Assembly (NCBI GenBank): GCA_951406725.2 | Contig: OX597814.1 | Coordinates: 79,546,001-79,610,000, forward strand | Direction of reading: 5' to 3' | Source: Octopus vulgaris | Lineage: Eukaryota | Length of the DNA stretch: 64,000 nucleotides | In this document: one piece after another, positions 54,231-64,000 of the stretch | Position numbering within the stretch: the stretch's first letter is position 1 | Layout of the letters: each line of letters begins with the position of its first letter | Notes under the pieces: model-generated | The model's database searches: none | What the model saw: only the letters and a program-made list of their open reading frames with translations | Told to the model about the DNA's origin: nothing | Made by a program: the position numbers and the translations under genes

Positions 54231-55187
54231 ATTTGTATGTAGGTGTACGTGTATGTGTGTGTATTTATATTTATTGGTGTATATGTATAGACTAGCCTTC
54301 TAAGGGTGTAGACATGAATCTGTAGGTACGCGTACGTATGTGTATATACGTGAATGTATGTAGATGTATGTATGTATGAATATAACGCGTGCGTGCGTGT
54401 ATGTGTATGAGTGTACGAAGGAGTGAGTGTACGTGCTAAAGAGTGTGCGTGAGTGAATGAGTGCTTGTTTTCCAGTAGACAGATAAATGGACTGGCTGTC
54501 ATAGCCAAGATGTTTGTGACCAAGCGGCCAAAGATAACAAAAGTAATAAACGAAGATAATAAAATTAAAATTAGGGAATGGGTCTATATTTGTATGTGTA
54601 TATATATATGTGTGTATGTGTATATATGTGTATATAGGGACTAGTGTGCTGTGTGTGCATGTGTGTGTGTGGATTTGTGTGTGTATGCGTGTATGTGAGT
54701 ATGTGTGTGTATGTGTATATATATTTTTCTGTGTGTATATGTATGTGTGGTCGTGTGTGTATATATACACATGTGTGTATACGTGTATGCATGTGAGTGT
54801 GTGTATGTATACATATATGTGTATGTGTAGATATGTATATGTATGTGTAAGTGTATATATATATGTATATATATATGTGTGTGTATGTGTGTATGTATTT
54901 GTATATATGTTTGTATGCGTGTGTATATATGTATACATATGTGCATAGGTATAAGTGAGAATCTCCTTATTTACCTAAAACTCTATTCCCCCCTTTTTTT
55001 ATATATATATATATTCTTATTTTATTTTTTTTACTTTTTATTTATTCTTCTATCTAATTTAACACTGACTCCTTGACCACTCCCCCAAGTATGATATTTT
55101 GCGCTATGCCTACCCCCAAAAAGTCCCCCACCAACACCCCTTTAAACCTGCCTAAATGTATAAATGCCAATACAATTCTTGTTAACT

Positions 55188-55238
55188 AGCTTCCTGAAGA
55201 TTTCTCTTGAATGAAACAGTTCTAGTCCTGTAGAAGCT
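55188..55238 (+). ncRNA. Type I hammerhead ribozyme (complete core)
   Basis: AGCTTC-CTGAAGA-T-TTC-TCTT-GAA-T-GAAA-CAG-TTCTAGTC-CTG-TA-GAAGCT; 6-bp stem I, 4-bp stem III with 8-nt loop, U-U at the base of stem II; predicted cleavage after 55232. Confidence 0.85.
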
Positions 55239-55321
55239 CCTTCTATATAATAAATTAATTTTACTCTGCTATGTATTGAGTACCTTACTTACTGTGGTTA
55301 ACCCCGAATCAACCCGGGACC

Positions 55322-55375
<54 letters not shown>

Positions 55376-55377
55376 TA

Positions 55378-55540
55378 CGACAGGCTTCTTTCAGTTTCCG
55401 TCTACTAAATCCACTCACAAGGCTTTGGTCGGCCCGAGGCTATAGCACAAGACACTTGCCCAAGATGCCACGCAGTGGGACTGAACCCGGAACCATGTGG
55501 TTGGTTAGCAAGCTACTTACCACACAGCCACTCATGCGCC
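55378..55540 (-). mobile_element. SINE family B 5' half, well preserved
   Basis: Minus strand GGCGCATGAGTGGCTGTGTGGTAAG...CCGGGTTCAGTCCCACTGCGTGGCATCTTGGGCAAGTGTC. Confidence 0.88.
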
Positions 55541-55949
55541 TATATTATATATATATATAATTTCAAAATGTGTAGTAAATAAACAAACGAACATATACTA
55601 AATACGCCGGCGAACAGAAAACACAGGACACCGATTCTTCATCAGTTATCCGCCAGAGGGTCAAACGCAATTTTAGCCATTATCGATAATATTGCTTCTA
55701 CTCTGGAGGCACCGATAAGAAACTTGCCAGGAATGGGACCAAAGTGACGCCAAATATTATAGTAGTTTCGCACCGGCGCGAAATCACAATGATATTTTGC
55801 GTCATTGACTGACGTGGAAAACTTAACTGCGAATATTCCATGTATCATGTCTGTCTAAATTTCCCGTCCGTCAAGTTTTCGTCTAGTCTCCTGTTTTCTC
55901 TGCTTTCGTTTCACTTTTTCTCCTTGTTGTGTTCTTTCTGTTCAAACCT

Positions 55950-56028
<79 letters not shown>

Positions 56029-56064
56029 CACGTGTGTGTGTGTATATATATATATATACATTGA

Positions 56065-56272
56065 TTTCAAAATTTGAACACAGCCAGAAACCTCGAGATA
56101 TAGGGTAAGTCGAATACATTGACCCCAGTGCTTAACTGGTGCTTATTTCACCGACCCTGAAAGGGTTTAAAGACGAAGTCGACCTCGGAAGCATTTGAAC
56201 TCTGAACGTAAGGACGGACGAAATGTCACTAAGCATTTTGCTCGGCGTGCTAACGATTCTGCCAGTTCTCAG
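56065..56272 (-). mobile_element. SINE family A
   Basis: Minus strand GAACTGGCAGAATCGTTAGCACGCC...GAGTTCAAAT...GAGGTCGAC. Confidence 0.8.
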
Positions 56273-57460
56273 CGTTCTTATATGTATATATATATATTAG
56301 TATGCAGATGTATGTATGTATGTATGTATGTATGTATGTATGTATGTATGTATGTATGTATGTATGTATGTATGTATGTATGTATGTATGTATACACACA
56401 CATACACACACATACAAGTACATTCAAGTATAAGTACGTATGTATGTGGGTATTTCTGCAGGTAGGGAAGTAGATATGTATTCACGTAAATATGTACAGT
56501 CCCCAATCAGTTCTGAATTGAGAGCTGTCGTCACAAAAATTTTGGAACTATTTTTTTTTAAAAAAAGCAATAAGACTAGTTTATTTCGGTGGTGAACTTT
56601 AGAAAAATGCATATTTTATTGCCCTTATTGCGCGTTCAATTTGAAGAATTCGTGTTAATTGCCAGCTATATTTTTGGCTCCTTTTACGAGAACTCTTAAC
56701 ATTTAAAAATGTGTTGCTAAAACTTTGGCAACGTAACCAAGTGCATCATTGATTATACATATAAATGGGAACGCGTAATCCTGACAGCAAACCTTTAGGT
56801 TCTGCTTCAACTAGCTGCCCGTAAATGTTTTCCTTTCCGCTGATTTTCAATGAGATATTAACATCTGCTGGGCAACCAAATTCCAGAATGGCAGAACATT
56901 TATACGCTGGTTTTTATTTGTTTCTCTTCTCATATTCGTCTTCTTCGTACCCCCCCTTCCAACTGTCACGTCTGTCGTGTTTGCATTAAATGAAACTCTT
57001 AATCGGAATGCTATCCTTAACATTCTTTATTTTAGAAGATGCCGTGTGTATGTAAAAATGCACCTTCCCTTCTTTATCTATTTCAAGTTTATATAACCTC
57101 CTTGAAGAGATCAAAAGCCGGTCTCTAAGAGCCAGAGTACTGGTATTGGCATGCATACAAGAATATACTAATTTAAATAATGAACGTTTAGAAAGCTACG
57201 GATATTTTAATCATATTCTGTTTGGGCAAGATTTAAAATATTTTATTGCACCGTTTGTTTTCTGTTTCCACTAGAATCCTCACAGAAGAGTATGTGCGTA
57301 TGTATGTGTGTATGTGCATGTGTGTGCGTGTATGTATAAAAATATTTATTTATATATGTATATGAATGTATATATGCATATGTGTGTATATATATATATG
57401 TATATATATATGTTATGTATATATATATTATATATATGTGTGTTTCTATATGTATGTATG

Positions 57461-57510
<50 letters not shown>

Positions 57511-57856
57511 TGTGTGTGTGTATGTATATGTACGTATAATACACACGTGCGCGCAAACAGATATATGTATGCATATACATATATACATACACATATACAT
57601 ACACATATAGCAGACACATACATACACATAAGTTATAGTGAACGGAAAAGAAAGCACTCGATACTTTAATAATGCAGAAGTCTGTGTATATTTATATATG
57701 TGTGCGCGCGCATATGAGTATCTTTGTGTGAAAGTATGTATGTATGTGTGTGTGCACGTATGCGTAAATAAGATAGGGAGATGGAGAAAGAGAGAAAGAC
57801 TAATAATCAGAGAGACAGATAGACAGCTGAAAAGCGTGATTTTATATATATATGTA

Positions 57857-58614
<758 letters not shown>

Positions 58615-58618
58615 AATA

Positions 58619-58686
<68 letters not shown>

Positions 58687-58687
58687 T

Positions 58688-59628
58688 CACACTACCTAAT
58701 AAAAATGAAGAAGAAGAAGTAACAACAAAAGCTATAAAACAAATGAAATCCAAACTAAAACTAAAACATCAGCGGACCATGATAAAACGATGGCAAGAAA
58801 AGCCCCTTCATGACAAATACTGGACTAAACTAAATGCAAAAGAAATAGACAGAGAAAAATATCAGCATTGGTTGAGAAGCTCAGGACCCGAAGCAGCACA
58901 AGACCAAGGCCTCCCCACCAGAAATTACCAAAAACATATAATGAAAAGAAACATAACAAGTAACTGTAGAATATGTGGAAATGGACAAAAAACAATAAAT
59001 CATATTATCTATGGCTGCCAAGTCCTGGCTAAAAAGGAATATATTCACAGACACGACAGAGTTGGTACCTACATACACTGGAAACTATGCCAACACTATG
59101 GAATAACAGCAGTAAAAAGATGGTATAGGCACACACCAGAAAAGGTCACAGAAAACGAGAAAGCAACCATACTCTGGGATATGCCAGTACACACAGATAG
59201 AGAAATTAAGGCCAATAGGCCAGATATAGTTGTCAGAGATCATGAAAAAATGCTTTCTAATTGATGTATCAATACCAGCAGATGGCAACGTTTCTCTAAA
59301 AGAAAAGGAGAAACTTTCAAAATACAAAGACCTGGAAATAGAGGTAACTCGAATGTGGAATCTAAAAACAGAAACAATTCCTGTCATAGTAGGCGCATTA
59401 GGTGTGATAAAAAATACTCAGACAAATACATGACAAAAACACCAGGACTTACAAATATATATATAACATACAGAAAATTGCCCTACTGGGCACTGCACAC
59501 ATCCTGCGCAAAACACTTTTAATACAGTAACCATAAGAGCATCACAACAAACCATAGCACATACCCAAGGCACATAGAGCTGCGCTCGGTAGTGAAGTGA
59601 AGGCAAGCTATAAAAATAAAACTACTGA
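58688..59628 (+). mobile_element. R4/Dong-like non-LTR retrotransposon 3' fragment (restriction-like endonuclease)
   Basis: AAQDQ, CCHC knuckle CRICG..TINHIIYGC, RHD, RPDIV...[34 protein letters not shown]; frameshifts at ~59250 and ~59412; short 3' UTR ending in (AAT)n. Confidence 0.88.
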
Positions 59629-59697
59629 ATAATAATAATAGTAATAGTAATAATGATAATTATAATAATAATAACCACCCTGATTCAGTACTTATCT

Positions 59698-60249
59698 GCC
59701 CTGATGCAATACCAGACAGTGGCTCTCGTGGTTTCTGATCTTAACTGGTTGGGAGTGTTATCATGTGTTATCATTGTTTTGTCTTGATGGGCTACTGCAA
59801 ATATTCTGCTCAATACCACAGATTTGCTTGTCGGTGGCTTGACCATAACCAGTTGGGCATGTCCTTTAGTCACTGACGATATGTGCACCCCTGACCACGA
59901 GCAGAAGTAGTTGGGGAGCATCGTAGCCATGTGCTGAGAGAAATTCTTTGATGTTTGAATAATTCACCTTTGGAATCATGGGTGTGTCGTTCTTCGTCCA
60001 TAAACAAACCTTATTCAGGGACCTTTTGAGCGGGATGGGTTACTCGACCTGCAACAAAATTCAACTAGGCCCCACCTGTATGATCATGCGCTGTTTATCT
60101 TGATACAAGGTCACCATATCGCGCACATACTGTTGTGACGCATGTGCCTTGTGTATCTTTATTCGACGGGTAGTCATGATGGGTATATTGGACTTCATAT
60201 ATTGGTACCACTGTCTCCCTTTGATGGCATGTACTGCTCTCTCTCACTC
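59698..60249. mobile_element. ~560-bp (AAT)n-flanked element, copy 3 (more diverged)
   Basis: GCCCTGATGCAATACC...CTCTCTCACTC; preceded by a short partial repeat of its own end (CCCTGATTCAGTAC, 59678-59691). Confidence 0.88.
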
Positions 60250-60261
60250 AATAATAATAAT

Positions 60262-60452
60262 AATCCTTTCTACTAAAGGCACGAGGCCTGAAATTTGGGG
60301 GGGGGGGATTAGTCGATTACATCAACCACAGTGTTTCACGGGTATTTAATTTATCGAATCCGAAGGATGAAAGGCAAAGTCTACCTCAGAAAGTAAGGAC
60401 AGGCGAAATGCCGCTAAGCATTTCGCCCGGCGTGTTAACAATTCTGCTAGCT
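60262..60452 (-). mobile_element. SINE family A
   Basis: Minus strand CTAGCAGAATTGTTAACACGCCGGGCGAAATGCTTAGCGG...GCCTTTCATCC...TAGTAGAAAGG. Confidence 0.8.
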
Positions 60453-60546
60453 TAATAACAATAATAATAATTTATAAGTAGAAGAATGATAAGGATGATG
60501 ATGATGATTATGATAGTGATAATGATGATGATGATGATGATGATAG

Positions 60547-60577
<31 letters not shown>

Positions 60578-60687
60578 AACAGCAACAACAACAATGATAA
60601 TAACAACTACGAAAGCAATAAAAACAACAACAGCAACAGCAGCAGCAGCAGTAGCAGTAGCAGTAGTTGTTGTAGTAGTAGTAGTAT

Positions 60688-60737
<50 letters not shown>

Positions 60738-61619
60738 CGCAAATACACAGGCCAGACTGGAAAGACATAACGAAGAAGAGAACAGTAAATCTGCAATAAA
60801 ACATAAAGCATAAAATAACAGTCTGACAGAAAAAACAGTCAAATAATGATTGATGGATAAACAAACTGATCAGACTTGCTCTACTGACTGGTGGATAGAG
60901 AGGGAAGCTGGATAGATAAATTCAGAAGAGCGTGAAAACTGACCAAGAGATAGGCTATGAAAACATATATAAGCATTACAGCTGTTCGTTCCTCACTGTT
61001 TCGATATAACGTGAGTGCATCCATGTAGTCAATGGAATTGCGAGAAACAACAGCCAAGTATCCCTTGAGCTACACCCAGTCGGTTTTGAGAAAAGCACAG
61101 ACGTGGTTCTGTGGTAAGAAGCTTGTTTCCCAATCACATACTTCCGGGTTTCCACTCTCAATGGAACCGCATACAGCAGATAATATTTGGTGCGACGTCT
61201 CTCTATATAGCTTTCTGACAGTCTCCCTTTCTCTCTCTCTCTCTTTCTCTCTCTCTCTTTCTCTCTCTCCCTTTCTCTCACCTTTTTGTGTCTATCTTTT
61301 CTCTCTTAAAACCTTACCTCACTTTCTTTTCTGCCAATCCTTCCTACTCTTCCATTCTTCATCTTCCTCTCTTATTCTGCGAATTCCCCCTTTATTCCCT
61401 TTCTTTCTCCCTATAATCCCGTCTTCTTCTATCCTAATTTTTTTCTTTCTATATGCCTCCTTTTTCTCTTTACTTTCCTTCTATTTCTTCCTTTGCTTTT
61501 CAGACCCCTTCCTGTTTCTCCTTTCACCCATCCCTTTCTGGCTTGACCGCTGAACTAACTCCTTCATAGACTATACATTTTTCAGCCGACCCTCGTATGT
61601 ATATACAGTTACGTGATGC

Positions 61620-62172
61620 GTTTCATCTGCAGAGAAGGTAATGATCTCAATATTTGGGGATGCAAAAGACATTTGTTTATTGACTTATCTTCAAAAGAGC
61701 CACACCATCAATGGAGAGTACAATGCACACTTGCTGAGGCAGTTACGAAAATGTATCAAGGCTAAACGCCGAGCAAAGCAGACGAAAGGGGTTTTATTTC
61801 ATCGGGACAAAGTTCCAGTACACAAATCTTTGGTTTCAAAGGTTACTGTGAGTGACTGTGACTTTTAACTGATTGATGACCATCCCTATTCTACTAATTT
61901 AGCCCCATCTGACTATTATCTGATTTCCAACATTCAAAATCACTTGGCTGCGAACCAGTGTCTCAGTGATGAGGATGATGCCATATCTGTTGTTGATGCC
62001 TTTCTTTTGAGCAACAGGATGAAAGCTTCTTTACCAATTGGACCCAAGCACTACAACATCGATGACAGAAGAGTGTGGACCGCAAGGGGCACTATGTTGC
62101 AAAATAAACCTCATCTGGTCACATCCCATAAGTGTATCTTGATCAGCCTATGAACTTTTCAGCACCCACGTG
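61620..62172 (+). mobile_element. Mariner transposon 3' remnant with right end
   Basis: KVMISIFGDAKD...TINGEY...LRK.IK.KR...VLFHRDKVPVH...HPYSTNLAPSDYYL; terminal CCTATGAACTTTTCAGC..CGT; a second similar terminus lies at ~61565-61596. Confidence 0.82.
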
Positions 62173-64000
62173 TGTGTGTGTGTGTGTGTGTGTTGAGACT
62201 TACTGGAATGTGTTCTGAAAAGACTTGCTGCTAAACAAATAGCGACAACAACAACAGATGTGTGATTTGCTTATGTTGTTGAGAGTGAAGGCTGGTTGTA
62301 TTTGGTAGTGTGTTATGTTGCTGGAAGTCAATTTTGGTGGGTGTTACTTTAAGTCTGATGTTGTGGTAAGAGGTTTTTATGCGATCTGAAAAGAGGGTGA
62401 GTTGTGCTGTTTTCTGCTTCTGCTGAAATTTTAAAGTTTGTAAGGTGGGAAGATTATGTAAGCATAGGTTAAAAAAAGATTGGTTAGAAAGATGGATCCC
62501 TGTGTTATTCCATTCTAGAAATTGCAGGTTCTGGAAAATGCTATTATTTTACAGCTCAGTAGGTTGTCACACTAATAGTTTTTGTGTGTGTGTGCATTAA
62601 GTTAGTGTTGAGTATTCTTGTGTAGTGAATAAGAGGAGATAGAGATGAAATCGAATGTTCTATATGGGTGGTTTTTTTTTCTTCTATTTACTTTAATAGT
62701 ATTCATGTATAAGTTAGTGGCTGCTATTGTTGTTCAGATTCTGGTCAGCCCTGATCTACAGACTTATGATCAAACGAGCATTTAGTCTTATTGTGCATCT
62801 AGTATTACATTGCTCATTGTATCCTTCCATTTTAAGACGGTAAGGTGTGATTTGACGGAGTTATTGCTGATATTTCTATCAGCGTAGTTAACAAGTTTCG
62901 TTTACAACTACATGACTTTAGCACATCAGTTGTCTTCAACCATAGCTCCGGTGGAAAAACTTCAAGCTATCCCTATTTCCAGTAATCTGAAATCGATTTT
63001 ATATTACTCCCAGATGTAACCTGACTTGATATCATATTACTGCCGGAATGTTCACATTACTCTCTCCTTCATTTAGCTAAAATGATAAATTCATAAATTC
63101 GTATGATTACAACTCATGATACTTTTATTGCATAAAGTGCATAAAATATATTAGACTGAAAGCTAGTCTAAAAATCCGATAAAATGAGAAATAAAAACTG
63201 TCACAGTGTGAATTGCATTAAAACCACTCATACATTAGTTCAAATTGCATGACATGTTACATACAAACATAAGATATATCCATAAAGATATACAAATTAT
63301 TATATTTTGCAAGAAACATCTGAAAGCACATGCAGGCATGAGGAAGAGGGAGAATGATCCATTTACTAACATTATTTATGCGTTAATCGATTAAAAGAGG
63401 GAATAGTATGAATTATTCTGAGGGTTAGATAAAATGCTTTGTGGAGTTTAATTATGTTCTGGGTTCAAATCCTGTCGAGGTCAATTTCGCCCTTCGTCTT
63501 TTTACTCCAGTAAAATAACTAGAAAAAGAGAAACAGCAGACAATACCAGAACCGACGGCAAATTCTGGAGACTACCATCCAAAACACTGCTGGTTGCTCT
63601 ACTGACTACAGCTCAATCATCAGTTGAAGGACACGCTTAACTTTCAGGCCGAAAAGTTGACGACTAGCGGCCCCTCCCCTGGCTAAAACCATTAGTGGTA
63701 CTCTAGGGATGGAAGATGGCAGGAGTTAGGACTAAAGAGAGAAAGAGGTAAAAGGCTTCCCGAAAGAAAAAAAAAACTCTGTCCAAAATAATAGTGAGTA
63801 GAAAGCGTAAGGGAATGCTTTTGGGCGGTTGCACGAAACACCAATGCTCTCTTATGAAACTAATGGAAGACATTCAAGTAAAACGATGAAGATCGCTTGC
63901 TTACTGGAGAGGCAAAAATAATTGCGGCAAAATGGAATATGAAATAGAAATAAAGACTATCGGGGAAGACCACATTAGTTAACTATGATAACTTAAACCT

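Overview
AT-rich, repeat-dominated eukaryotic DNA in which I could not identify a host gene. The microsatellite density and SINE families suggest an octopus or other coleoid genome (inference only). It contains a 5'-truncated CR1-group LINE (2806-6320, minus), a young Penelope-like element (RT/GIY-YIG) arranged as a ~575-bp inverted duplication (21981-24110), an R4/Dong-like RLE retrotransposon 3' fragment and three copies of a ~560-bp non-coding element embedded in (AAT)n, three mariner remnants, RTE/CR1 scraps and many tRNA-type SINEs. Nearly all ORF-track entries are microsatellite artefacts. The main hidden signal is a dispersed set of sequence-diverse type I hammerhead ribozymes read by eye: five with complete cores (one a U3:A8 covariant, one with an extended bulged stem I) and several decayed ones. 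Most lie in short non-coding cassettes next to (TA)n, as expected for Penelope pLTR or retrozyme-like elements. All structures were paired by hand; no folding or database search was run, and SINE/fragment boundaries are approximate.
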